Shown piece after piece: positions 16,871 through 26,772 of a stretch of 64,000 nucleotides of DNA. The position numbers were made by a program, and so were the translations under genes. Source of the DNA: Ignavibacteriota bacterium (GTDB lineage: Bacteria > Bacteroidota > Ignavibacteria > UBA10030 > UBA6906); assembly GCA_963748405.1 (NCBI GenBank), contig CAVVIT010000008.1, forward strand, positions 34,018-98,017, written 5' to 3'. A model generated the notes under the pieces. It was given only the letters and a program-made list of their open reading frames with translations, made no database searches and was not told where the DNA came from. The stretch's first letter is position 1; each line of letters opens with the position of its first letter.

Positions 16871-19780
16871 ATGCTAAAGAGAGCGATCCTCCTTCTCGTA
16901 TTTTGCGGCACCGCGGTCGCCTTCGCAGAAACCGGCCATATAAAGGGCATCGTCTCCGATGCCAAAACGGGGGAGAGGCTTGCGGGCGCAAATGTGCTGG
17001 TTGTCGGCACCGGGAAAGGGGCCGTTACCGACCTCAACGGGCAGTTTCTCATCGTGAATCTGCCTCCGGGATCATACACGATCCGGGCGACATTTATCGG
17101 CTACAAGACCGAAGAGAAGCATGCCGAGCTCCTGGGTGAGGCCAATGTCGAGCTGCAGTTCAAACTGGGGGCGGTCACGATCGAAGGAAACGAAGTCGTT
17201 GTTACCGCGCAGGCCGCGGGTCAGAACGCCGCGATCAACCAGCAGCTCTCTTCGAACCAGATCGTCAACGTGGTCTCCGCCGCCAAGATTCAGGAGCTCC
17301 CCGACCAGAACGCCGCGGAGTCGGTGGGAAGACTTCCCGGCGTCTCCGTCCTGCGCAACGGCGGGGAAGGGACCGAGCTTGTCATCCGGGGACTCGAACC
17401 GAAGTACAACCAGATCTCGGTGGACGGGATTCAGATGCCGTCGTCAAACCCGAACGACCGGAGCACGGACCTGAGCGGCATTGCATCCGACATGCTCGGA
17501 AGCATAAAGGTCTTCAAGACGGTCACGCCGGATCTGGACGCCAATGTCCTCGGGGGGATTGTGGAATTCGGTCTCCGGGAAGCGAAGCTGGGCGACCCCG
17601 GGACGCCCGGCTTCAATATTCTCGCGCAGGGAGGATACAAGAACCTCCCCGACGCATATAACAAGTACAACAACTACAAATACGTCGTCACCGCCGAGGA
17701 GCGGTTCATGGATGACGATTTCGGCGTACTGGCGCAGGTCGATATTGAGCGGGAGAACCTCACCTCCAATGAGCTCGGCGCATCGTACACCCACCACGGG
17801 AATTCCACGATCGACTACACGCTGTTGTCCCTGAATCTCTATGACACCCAGCGTGATATCCAGAGGAGAAATGCCGCGCTGGTATTGGACTACAGGTTGC
17901 CGGAAGGAAAGATCAAGATGACGAATTTCTTCGGCTCAGGACTTTCGGATGTCCAGCCGAGACAGGAACTATTCGACCTCAGCGGAACCAACAACCGCTA
18001 CTTTTCGATCTCTGATCAAAATGGTCAGGGGCGGAGCGTGACAAACGGGATAGAATTCGAAAACGCGTTTCCCCTGGTCCAGGTGAATGCGAAACTCTCC
18101 AGCGCGTACTCTGACTCACGGGATCCCGCTGACTGGACCACTGAATTCTACCAGGGGTCTGCCGGGCTGGGCCAGTTCACAAATCAACCCAATGTGGACC
18201 CGCGGAATGTTCCTCCGGTGGCGAACGACGACCTTTCAAGCACGACACTCTTCCTCCTTTCTTCGAACAGGTATTTCTCCAAAACCCAGGCTTTCACCGG
18301 GTCGGTCGACCTCACATCGAGCGTGACGATCTCGGACGAAATAAACGCCGAGATCAAAGCGGGCGGATCGTACAGGTACCACACGCGCTACTTCGTCCAG
18401 GACGTCTACGACGGGGGAGGGCTGACATTCGGCGGATCCCAGGTGGTAAACAACCTCATCATCAACTATTTCGGTCTCCCTCCAGGCGATATCTTCAAAA
18501 TTCCGATTTCCTATTTCATCGATCCCCACTACAGCTACGGGACGTTCCTGGGCGGTAATTACAGGATGATAGCGCCGCTCAACTACGGGATGATGGCGCA
18601 AATGGCCGACCTCATGAGGTCCAGCGTACAGTACATCGCGGCCAACGGCGGCATGCAGGCGTACGCCCGCGACAACTACCTCTCGACGACGAATAATTAT
18701 TCCGGATCTGAAAATCAATCCGCCCTCTACCTCATGACGATTCTCAATATTGGTCCGGAGATAACCCTCACGGGCGGGGTCCGGTACCAGGACCTTCGTA
18801 CTCATTACACGGGCGCCCGGGGGATCGAATCCAGGAACTCCTTCAACGCTTACAATTTCTACGACACCACGGTCACGCAGAATCACGGGTATCTCCTTCC
18901 GGATGTCTCCCTGAAATACAAGCCGCTGCAGTGGTTCGACCTGAGGCTCTCGTACACCAACACGCTGGCCTATCCCGATTACAACGCCATCGTTCCGCGC
19001 ATCGATGTCGGCGCGGGCGCCATCGCGTGGAACAACTACGCGCTCAATCCTACGCGCTCCGCCAACTTCGACGCGTCGGTGTCCTTTTACGACAATTCCA
19101 TCGGGCTGTTCACGATCGGAGGGTTCTGGAAGCAGATCCGCGACCTGATTTATCCGTGGACCTTCTCCGTCTCCGGCGCCGGCGCGCTCCAGTATTTTCC
19201 ACCGAGCCTCTTGAACGGCTCGGTCCCGACGGCGACGTATCCTGTCAATACCTATGTGAACGATGCAAGTCTGATTAGAGACTACGGTATGGAACTGGAC
19301 TGGGAAACGCACTTCTGGTACCTGCCGGGCGTCTTTTCGGGATTGGTCCTCGGCGTGAACTACACGCACATATTCTCGAAGGCCGAGTATCCCTACCAGG
19401 TGGTCAGCTCGAACGGACGCACGGTCAACTATATTGACACCTCGTTCACCGACCGCCTGCTGTACCAGCCGAATAACATATTCAACCTTTCCCTCGGCTA
19501 TGACTACATGGCGTTCTCCGCGAGGGTGTCGCTCCTCTACGACGACGACATTTTCACGGGGCCGAATTTCTGGCCGCAGATCAGAAGTTATACGTCCGCC
19601 TACAGGCGCTGGGACCTTTCGCTCAAGCAGGGCCTCCCCTGGTTCGGCGCTGAGGTCTTCGGGAATCTCTACAACATCAATTCCGCAAAGGATGTGAGCA
19701 TCATTCAAAAAGGGGGTGTACCCGAATCGGAGCAGGATTACGGAATGACCGGGAACCTGGGATTACGGGTGAAATTCTAA
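16871..19780 (+). CDS. TonB-dependent receptor (CarboxypepD_reg + plug + barrel)
   Basis: Start moved to the signal peptide MLKRAILLLVFCGTAVAFA. CarboxypepD_reg-like GIVSDAKTGERLAGANVLVVGTGKGAVTDLNGQFLIVNLPPGSYTIRATFIGY. Plug region QELPDQNAAESVGRLPGVSV. Terminal ...LGLRVKF ends in an aromatic residue. Confidence 0.85.
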   Translation: MLKRAILLLVFCGTAVAFAETGHIKGIVSDAKTGERLAGANVLVVGTGKGAVTDLNGQFLIVNLPPGSYTIRATFIGYKTEEKHAELLGEANVELQFKLGAVTIEGNEVVVTAQAAGQNAAINQQLSSNQIVNVVSAAKIQELPDQNAAESVGRLPGVSVLRNGGEGTELVIRGLEPKYNQISVDGIQMPSSNPNDRSTDLSGIASDMLGSIKVFKTVTPDLDANVLGGIVEFGLREAKLGDPGTPGFNILAQGGYKNLPDAYNKYNNYKYVVTAEERFMDDDFGVLAQVDIERENLTSNELGASYTHHGNSTIDYTLLSLNLYDTQRDIQRRNAALVLDYRLPEGKIKMTNFFGSGLSDVQPRQELFDLSGTNNRYFSISDQNGQGRSVTNGIEFENAFPLVQVNAKLSSAYSDSRDPADWTTEFYQGSAGLGQFTNQPNVDPRNVPPVANDDLSSTTLFLLSSNRYFSKTQAFTGSVDLTSSVTISDEINAEIKAGGSYRYHTRYFVQDVYDGGGLTFGGSQVVNNLIINYFGLPPGDIFKIPISYFIDPHYSYGTFLGGNYRMIAPLNYGMMAQMADLMRSSVQYIAANGGMQAYARDNYLSTTNNYSGSENQSALYLMTILNIGPEITLTGGVRYQDLRTHYTGARGIESRNSFNAYNFYDTTVTQNHGYLLPDVSLKYKPLQWFDLRLSYTNTLAYPDYNAIVPRIDVGAGAIAWNNYALNPTRSANFDASVSFYDNSIGLFTIGGFWKQIRDLIYPWTFSVSGAGALQYFPPSLLNGSVPTATYPVNTYVNDASLIRDYGMELDWETHFWYLPGVFSGLVLGVNYTHIFSKAEYPYQVVSSNGRTVNYIDTSFTDRLLYQPNNIFNLSLGYDYMAFSARVSLLYDDDIFTGPNFWPQIRSYTSAYRRWDLSLKQGLPWFGAEVFGNLYNINSAKDVSIIQKGGVPESEQDYGMTGNLGLRVKF

Positions 19781-19825
19781 CGCAGTTCGCTTCACTAATC
19801 CACCAATCACATAGGGAGTGACATC

Positions 19826-21574
19826 ATGAAAAAGACATTTCCAATGGCGCTGCTTGCGGTCATTGTATCTGTTTTCCTGGCGAGTCCCGTGCAGGCGCAT
19901 ACCAGCGCAACGGACACGCTCGTCGTTTATGCGAGCGGGGCGAGTCTCGACCAGATCATCACCGCCGATACGACCGCGAATGGTAACCAGGTGCACAAGG
20001 CGTACAAATTGGTGACCGTCGACACGACGTACCTGTGGCTCGGACCGATCACTGTCAAGACGAATTTCACCGTTCTCGGAGTCCTCGGCGCGAACGGCCG
20101 ACCGCCGTGCATCGAGGCAGGCATTTTGCTCGACGGCACGCTGCCGTATTACCTGTTCGTGATCAACGGACCGCATACGGTCGCCACGTTCAAGAACCTG
20201 TATCTCACGGGGAGGGCCCCGAACAACACGTTGAATGCGCTCAACGTGAACGGCATCGGGTCGTTTATCCAGGTCTCGGCGGATTCGGTGAAGCTCTATG
20301 TGGACCACGTGATTTTCGAGGACATGCCGGATGAATGCATAGGATACACCGGGAACTGGGACAGCTTCTTCATCACTAACTGTAAATTCAGGAATCTGAT
20401 CTCCGCCACGCAGTGGTTCTCCGGGGAAGCGCTGCGCAACACGAACAACTCGGCGATAACGGATACCATCTCCATGCATGACAACACGTTCCTTGCAATG
20501 AACTGCTACGACGCGTGCCCGGTCACCGTCAGTTTCGTCCGGTATCTCGATTTCGAGCATAACAGCGATGTGATGACGTTTCAGAATCCCTTCTGGATTT
20601 TCAACGTCACCAACGCCAAGATCGACAACAACATGTTCTATGGAACCTGGCTGGGGGGAATCACGCAGATCGAGTACGTGCAGTTCTGGGATGAGTTGAG
20701 GTCGCTCGCCATCCCCTCCGTCCTCGATCTGGACACTCTGGGCGGCGATATACCCAGGGTCTTCGACCCGGCGGATACGGGCTCCGCAAACCTGCTGTGG
20801 CTCGCGGAGGCGAAAAGGAATATCGAAGTGAAGAATAACAATTTCTTTGAGCCGGCCTCGGTCACTAATTTCTGGAAAGCGTACGATGATACCGCCCACG
20901 GCGACGATTCACTGTTTACTCCGACGTGGATGAATGCACGAACGACGGGGATGTTTAACGACAAGGTGCACTGGCCGGGATTGGTCCAGTCGGGCAACCT
21001 GAACGTCGATCCCGGGTACGGCGCTTCGATTCCCAATGTCGTGAACAACAACCAGGGAGATGGTGTCGGGGCGTTCCAGTACTTCTTCGATATTCGCCAG
21101 AACATCGCGTCCACGGATATCTACGGTTACAAGCTGCAGACCGCCGCAGGCAACAACTGGATCCCCCAGTGGCCGCTTCCGGAGCTTCAGGACATGAAGT
21201 ACACGAGCACGGCGCTGCAAACGGGGGGGACGGACGGAAAACAGATCGGCGACAGGGGCTGGTTTACCGGTGGCTTCACGGGTGTGAGCCCGACCCCGGC
21301 GCAGGAGCCCTATCAATTTGCGCTTGCGAATGCCTATCCCAATCCGTTCAACCCCACTGCACACATTGAGTACACGATTCCGCACAGCGGTTTCGTGACG
21401 CTGAAAGTGTTCAACGTGCTGGGGCAGGAGGTAGCGACATTGTTCTCGGGCATCCAGCAGGCCGGAAACCATGTTGCCATATTCGACGCAAGCACGCACG
21501 CCAGCGGAGTATACATCTACCGGCTTGATGCGGACAATTATTCTGCCAGCAAAAAGCTTGTCCTTGTTAAGTGA
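19826..21574 (+). CDS. secreted T9SS-sorted protein, possible right-handed beta-helix
   Basis: Signal peptide MKKTFPMALLAVIVSVFLASPVQA. Repetitive N/D-rich strands (FITNCKFRN, MHDNTFLAMN, FEHNSDV, IDNNMFYG, VKNNNFFE). CTD AYPNPFNPTAHIEYTI...VYIYRLDAD. Confidence 0.7.
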   Translation: MKKTFPMALLAVIVSVFLASPVQAHTSATDTLVVYASGASLDQIITADTTANGNQVHKAYKLVTVDTTYLWLGPITVKTNFTVLGVLGANGRPPCIEAGILLDGTLPYYLFVINGPHTVATFKNLYLTGRAPNNTLNALNVNGIGSFIQVSADSVKLYVDHVIFEDMPDECIGYTGNWDSFFITNCKFRNLISATQWFSGEALRNTNNSAITDTISMHDNTFLAMNCYDACPVTVSFVRYLDFEHNSDVMTFQNPFWIFNVTNAKIDNNMFYGTWLGGITQIEYVQFWDELRSLAIPSVLDLDTLGGDIPRVFDPADTGSANLLWLAEAKRNIEVKNNNFFEPASVTNFWKAYDDTAHGDDSLFTPTWMNARTTGMFNDKVHWPGLVQSGNLNVDPGYGASIPNVVNNNQGDGVGAFQYFFDIRQNIASTDIYGYKLQTAAGNNWIPQWPLPELQDMKYTSTALQTGGTDGKQIGDRGWFTGGFTGVSPTPAQEPYQFALANAYPNPFNPTAHIEYTIPHSGFVTLKVFNVLGQEVATLFSGIQQAGNHVAIFDASTHASGVYIYRLDADNYSASKKLVLVK

Positions 21575-21598
21575 GTGAGTGTTGAACGAACACCGGTG

Positions 21599-21648
21599 GC
21601 GGGACTGATAAACGTGTCAGGTTTCTTTTACCAGTCCCGCTCTTTTTA
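21599..21648 (+). terminator. putative intrinsic terminator after the beta-helix gene
   Basis: GCGGGACTG (21599-21607) pairs with CAGTCCCGC (21632-21640) and is followed by TCTTTTTATT. The loop is long (24 nt), so confidence is moderate. Confidence 0.4.
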
Positions 21649-21682
21649 TTCGCACAGACGCGGCCGCGAAGGCGGTCCCGCG

Positions 21683-23977
21683 ATGACGAGAGAGAAACAC
21701 GTGTATCCTGGAAGAGCATTCGGCGTACGAGGCCTGGTCCTCCTGTTGCACCTGGCCTTGATTCCGGTCGCGAACCTGGCTGCCTCTGACGGCGGGGCCC
21801 GCTCACGCGGGTCGGCGCCGGATGTGCAGGTCACCCGGCAGCCCTCAGATATCCGGGCGGGGAAGGCCGAATTTCCGATGCATATCAGGAACAGGGGTGT
21901 CGAACTCACCCTGACTGAAGACGGCGGTTTTCAGGTATTGACATCCATACGCCGCGGCTCCAGGGGCAAAGAACTGGTCGCCGATGCCGGAATCCTCTCC
22001 CGGGTAACGCTGACGCACCCGGGAGGAGTCCGGACATTCCGCATACTCTCCCGGTCCATGAAGAAACGGACCGAAGACGGCAGGTACGGCAAAGCTGAAG
22101 TCGTGTCCGTCCGGGCACTCTCGCAGGACCCGGTTCTTTCCGAAACCATCGAATTCCTCCTGCCGGTTTCCTCCGGCAATGCGATCATCTGCAATGTGAC
22201 TCTGCATAATGAGACCAACACGCCGGTCGACGTCGCCTCCTGGAGCCTGCTTTCGAGTCAACTGGACGCCAGGAGATCCGGTGCGGACAGCGCATTCAAG
22301 TTCTGGAGCTTCCAGGGGGGGAGCTATCCGGAAAGGTACGACTGGATATTTCCGCTCACCCCCGCGTACGCGCGAACGAATTACCAGGGAATGAACGCGC
22401 CTGATTACGGCGGAGGGATCCCGGTCGTCGACCTGTGGACGAAGAGCTCGGGTTTCGCCCTGTCGGTCTTGAGCCGCAGGCCCCTGTTCGTTTCGCTGCC
22501 TGTGAAGGTTCTGGATAACGGGACCGTTTCGGTTTCGGTGGAGGATTCCGATCACGTTGTCATCCTGCCTCACGGATCGGCGGAGCTGCCTGCCTGTGCC
22601 GTCATTGTTCATACAGGCGATTACTACGACGGCCTGAAAACATATTCGGCTCTCATGCAGGCCGGAGGGTTCTCGTTCCCCCGTGCGCCCTCGGATGCGC
22701 ATCAGCCGGAATGGTGCGCGTGGGGGTACGGGAGGGACTTCACAAAAGCTCAGATCCTGAAGACACTGCCGGTGGTAAAGAAGCTCGGTTTCGGGTGGGT
22801 GACGATCGACGACGGCTGGCAGAATAACCTGGGGGACTGGGCCCCCGATCGCGTCAAATTCCCCGGCGGGGAAAGAGACTTCGAAGCGTTCGTCGATTCG
22901 ATTCACTCCTATGGGCTGAAAGTGCGGCTCTGGTGGTGCCCGATTGCCGCGCAGGATTCCTCGTACGGCGCCGCGTGCTGTCCGGGCCGGATGAACGAAT
23001 TCGGGATGGGAATACAGAGCAGGCTTGCCGCCGGACACCCCAACTGGTTTCTCCTCGACTCGGCCGGTCACCGGGTTCAGGTCTCCTGGTGGAATGCGTA
23101 CACACTTTGCCCGGCGCTGCCTCAGGTCAGAGAATACTACCGGGCGTTCGTCCGCAGGGCGATCGTTCAATGGAAGATCGATGGGTTCAAGATGGACGGC
23201 CAGAACCTGAATGAGGTGCCCCGCTGCTATAACAGAAGCCACCATCACGCGAGCCCGATGGAATCCGCGCAGGGTGTACCGGAGTTCTTCGCGGATATCT
23301 ACCGCACGGCAACCCGGCTTAAACCCGCGTTCCTTGTCCAGATCTGTCCCTGTGGAACCAACTTCTCCTATTTCAATCTCCCGTACCTGAATCAAACGGT
23401 GGCCTCCGATCCGCTGGATTCCTGGCAGGTACGATTGAAGGGGAAAACATTCAGGGCCCTGTACGGCAGGAGCGAGTCGTACAGCGGCGACCACGCGGAG
23501 TTGACGAACCGGCCGTGGGATCCCGTGACGCAGAAATTCACTCTCCGGGGAACCGAAGATTTTGCATCGACACTGGCCGTCGGCGGAGTCCCGGCCTCGA
23601 AATTCACGCTTGCGGGGATCGAACAGGCCGACTCGAGCCTTATGCTCGACGGACCCCGGTTCGATTACTACCGGAAGTGGATGGGAATCGCTGAGAGGGA
23701 GAACATGAGCGAGGGCGACTACCTGAACCTCTATGACATTGCATTTGACCGGCCGGAAACTCACGTCATCCGGAAAGGGGAAACGTATTACTACTCGTTC
23801 TTTTCAGGTGAGCACTTTCACGGTAAGGTCGAGCTTCGGGGGTTGCCGGAGGGGCGGTACAGGGCGTTGGATCTCGTGACGGGGGCCGACTTACCTGAAG
23901 TGCGCCCGGAGTCGCCATTTCTGAATCTGGATTTCGATCGGAGTGCAATCATCAAAATCGTGAAGGACAAAGAATGA
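21683..23977 (+). CDS. clan GH-D (GH27/GH36-like) alpha-galactosidase / alpha-N-acetylgalactosaminidase-like hydrolase
   Basis: Start moved to ATG 21683, before the hydrophobic leader LVLLLHLALIPVANLAA. Motifs GFGWVTIDDGWQ, KVRLWWCP and IDGFKMDG are melibiase-type TIM-barrel motifs. Confidence 0.7.
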   Translation: MTREKHVYPGRAFGVRGLVLLLHLALIPVANLAASDGGARSRGSAPDVQVTRQPSDIRAGKAEFPMHIRNRGVELTLTEDGGFQVLTSIRRGSRGKELVADAGILSRVTLTHPGGVRTFRILSRSMKKRTEDGRYGKAEVVSVRALSQDPVLSETIEFLLPVSSGNAIICNVTLHNETNTPVDVASWSLLSSQLDARRSGADSAFKFWSFQGGSYPERYDWIFPLTPAYARTNYQGMNAPDYGGGIPVVDLWTKSSGFALSVLSRRPLFVSLPVKVLDNGTVSVSVEDSDHVVILPHGSAELPACAVIVHTGDYYDGLKTYSALMQAGGFSFPRAPSDAHQPEWCAWGYGRDFTKAQILKTLPVVKKLGFGWVTIDDGWQNNLGDWAPDRVKFPGGERDFEAFVDSIHSYGLKVRLWWCPIAAQDSSYGAACCPGRMNEFGMGIQSRLAAGHPNWFLLDSAGHRVQVSWWNAYTLCPALPQVREYYRAFVRRAIVQWKIDGFKMDGQNLNEVPRCYNRSHHHASPMESAQGVPEFFADIYRTATRLKPAFLVQICPCGTNFSYFNLPYLNQTVASDPLDSWQVRLKGKTFRALYGRSESYSGDHAELTNRPWDPVTQKFTLRGTEDFASTLAVGGVPASKFTLAGIEQADSSLMLDGPRFDYYRKWMGIAERENMSEGDYLNLYDIAFDRPETHVIRKGETYYYSFFSGEHFHGKVELRGLPEGRYRALDLVTGADLPEVRPESPFLNLDFDRSAIIKIVKDKE

Positions 23978-25404
23978 AACCCTCAGGAAAGGGAATACTG
24001 ACGTTCCTTGTGAGCTCAATGCTCATCGCTCCAGGTTTCGCCCAGGTCGACGTCAAATACACGCCGTCCGGTTCGGCGATTCCCAACCCCGAAAGGGGGT
24101 TTTACACCGAGCTCACGTCCGAGGCCGAACGGGGCGCGCTCACGGCGCAGGAGGTTGCAGCATGCAAGGCGAAGGGACAATCGCTCATCATGAGGATGTA
24201 CTACCTGAGCATGTTCAGGTCCGCGCCGATGAGCGATGTCGAATTGAACCTGGTGAAGAACGACTTCCGGGTGATCCGGGCCGCCGGGATGAAGTGCATT
24301 CCCCGGTTCGCCTACAGTCATAACATCGGTCAGCAGGATGCTCCGTTGAACATCGTCATGGGGCACATCGCCCAGCTCAAGCCGATCATCCGCGCCAATG
24401 CGGACGTGATCGCCGCGATGCAGGCGGGATTCATCGGCGCGTGGGGGGAAATGCATTCCTCGACAAACGGTCTGGACTCGGTCGCCAACATGCGGAAGAT
24501 CCTCTTTGAAATCCTGAAAATGCTCCCGGCCGAGAGGATGGTCCAGGTCAGGACGCCGCATTACAAGAGGGAGGTTTTCAACCGCCAGGCCCCGATTGCC
24601 AGGTCCGAAGCGTTCAACGAGTCCATGAACTCGAGGGTCGGACATCATAACGACTGCTTCCTCGCGAACTGGAACGACTACGGAACGTATTCGGACACGA
24701 CCGAGGAAACGGCATTTCTTTCGCAGGAGTGCCGCTACGTCCCGATGGGGGGCGAAACCTGCAATCCGAGCTCATTTGCCGGATGCGCGAATACCATAAA
24801 ACAGATGGAGAAACTCCACTGGTCGTTCCTCAACAGCGGCTACCATCCCGGTGTGCTCGCGGGATGGCGCGGGGAGAGCTGCTTCGATGAAATCGTCAAG
24901 AGGCTCGGCTACCGGTTCGAGCTTCTCAGCGGAAGGTTCGACGACGCGCTCCATCCGGGGAACGGATTTCACTATGCCATCCGGCTGACGAACACCGGGT
25001 TTGCGGCGTTATTCAACCCGCGGGACGTCGAGCTGATCATCGAGCACCGCTCAAGCAAGACCAGGTGGGCCGTCAAGCTTCCGGATGAACCCCGGTTCTG
25101 GGAACCGGGTGATACGCTGAGCCTGGCCGGGGAGGCCGGTCTGCCGGATGATGTGCCCGGCGGCGCCTACAGCGTCTATCTGAATCTTCCCGACCCGGAG
25201 TCCCGGCTGCATTTCAGGCCGGACTATGCGGTTCAATTCGCGAACGAAAAGACCTGGGTGCCGGAGTCGGGGTACAACGATCTGCAATTCACGCTCAACG
25301 TCCGCCCCGGCTATGCCGGAAAGATGTACACGGGGCTCTACTACTTCCAGCCGCTGACCGTCCCTGCGGAATCAGACACGCTCGATCGCGAGGGGAACCA
25401 GTGA
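23974..25404 (+). CDS. DUF4874/DUF4832-like putative glycoside hydrolase
   Basis: Signal peptide. NPERGFYT near the N-terminus and GFIGAWGEMHSS recall the DUF4874/DUF4832 TIM-barrel family (from memory). Its ATG overlaps the upstream stop. Confidence 0.55.
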   Translation: MKPSGKGILTFLVSSMLIAPGFAQVDVKYTPSGSAIPNPERGFYTELTSEAERGALTAQEVAACKAKGQSLIMRMYYLSMFRSAPMSDVELNLVKNDFRVIRAAGMKCIPRFAYSHNIGQQDAPLNIVMGHIAQLKPIIRANADVIAAMQAGFIGAWGEMHSSTNGLDSVANMRKILFEILKMLPAERMVQVRTPHYKREVFNRQAPIARSEAFNESMNSRVGHHNDCFLANWNDYGTYSDTTEETAFLSQECRYVPMGGETCNPSSFAGCANTIKQMEKLHWSFLNSGYHPGVLAGWRGESCFDEIVKRLGYRFELLSGRFDDALHPGNGFHYAIRLTNTGFAALFNPRDVELIIEHRSSKTRWAVKLPDEPRFWEPGDTLSLAGEAGLPDDVPGGAYSVYLNLPDPESRLHFRPDYAVQFANEKTWVPESGYNDLQFTLNVRPGYAGKMYTGLYYFQPLTVPAESDTLDREGNQ

Positions 25405-25407
25405 GGC

Positions 25408-26772
25408 GTGATGGCCGCGGAAGGTAAATCACTCGACAGAAACCTGGGCCTGCTGCATGCGACCGCGTCCAACATGGTCGCGATGGTGGGGATCGGTCCG
25501 TTCATCACCTTTCCCCTGATCATCTCCGCCATGGGGGGGCCGCAGGCGATACTCGGCTGGATCATCGGCGCGATCATCGCCATCTCCGACGGACAGGTCT
25601 GGGCAGAGTTGAGCACGTCGATCCCGGGAGAAGGCGGGTCGTACGTCTACCTGAGGGAGGCGTACCGAAGGTTCTTTGGAAAGTTCATCGCCTTCATGTT
25701 CATCTGGTCATTCCTGCTCAGCGGGCCTCTCGAAATTGCCTCCGGGCTGGTGGGGATGATGCAGTATGTCTCCTTCGCGGTTCCCTGGCTCACGGTCACG
25801 CACATCCGTGTGCTCGCATTCAGCGCCGGCATCCTGACGATCGTGCTCCACTACCACAGGATCACGTTCGTGGGCGTGGTGACGGTTGCCCTGTGGGTGG
25901 TCATGCTTGCCACGGTGGCGTTGACGATTACGGTTGGCATCACGCATTTCAATGCTGCAAACGCCTTTGACGTGCCGAAGGGTTGGTTCTCCTTTTCATG
26001 GGGGTTCGTGCTCGGGCTCGGCAGTGCGACGCTCATCGCCATGTATGACCTCCTGGGTTATTACAACATCTGCTACGTGGAGGAAGAAGTGAAGGACCCC
26101 GGCTACGTGTTTCCCAGGGCCATCATGTGGTCGGTCATCGGGGTGTCCATCATCTATGCCGTCATGAATATCCTGATTCTCGGCGTCACGCACTGGCGGA
26201 TCGTCGCGGGCTCAACGCATATCGTGTCCGATATCTTCGACCAGTATTACGGTCATACGGTTGCCGTGGCGATGACCGTCCTTGTCGCGCTGACCGCCTA
26301 CGGCTCCGTCTACTCGCTGATGATGAGCTATTCGCGGATCCCATTCGCCGCGGCGCGCGACGGCTTCTTTTTCAGCTCGCTCAAGGCGATCCATCCGACA
26401 AAACACGTTCCGCATATGTCCCTGTTGATCGTCGGTTCCATGACCTGTCTTGCCAGCCTCTTCGACCTGGGTTTCATCATTGCGGCGACGCTCTCGAGCA
26501 GGATTCTCATCCAGTTTATCGGCCAGATCGTCGGCCTGACCGTTCTCAGAAAGACCCGCCCGGACCTGAAGAGGCCGTTCAGGATGTGGCTCTATCCGCT
26601 CCCGTCGGTCATTGCGTTTGTCGGGTTCACGTACATATTCATCAGCTCGGGGCTCGAAGCGATCTGCCTGGGGCTCGCTTGGCTCGCTGCCGGGACCGTC
26701 TTCTTCTCCTTCTGGGCGAAGTCGAACCACGAGTGGCCGTTTGCGGCAGTCAGTGAGTCGGAGGCAGCATGA
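25408..26772 (+). CDS. APC-superfamily amino acid/polyamine-type permease
   Basis: About 12 TM segments. N-terminal block ASNMVAMVGIGPFITFP...WAELSTSIPGEGGSYVYLREAY is typical of APC transporters. GTG at 25408 or ATG at 25411. Confidence 0.85.
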   Translation: MMAAEGKSLDRNLGLLHATASNMVAMVGIGPFITFPLIISAMGGPQAILGWIIGAIIAISDGQVWAELSTSIPGEGGSYVYLREAYRRFFGKFIAFMFIWSFLLSGPLEIASGLVGMMQYVSFAVPWLTVTHIRVLAFSAGILTIVLHYHRITFVGVVTVALWVVMLATVALTITVGITHFNAANAFDVPKGWFSFSWGFVLGLGSATLIAMYDLLGYYNICYVEEEVKDPGYVFPRAIMWSVIGVSIIYAVMNILILGVTHWRIVAGSTHIVSDIFDQYYGHTVAVAMTVLVALTAYGSVYSLMMSYSRIPFAAARDGFFFSSLKAIHPTKHVPHMSLLIVGSMTCLASLFDLGFIIAATLSSRILIQFIGQIVGLTVLRKTRPDLKRPFRMWLYPLPSVIAFVGFTYIFISSGLEAICLGLAWLAAGTVFFSFWAKSNHEWPFAAVSESEAA

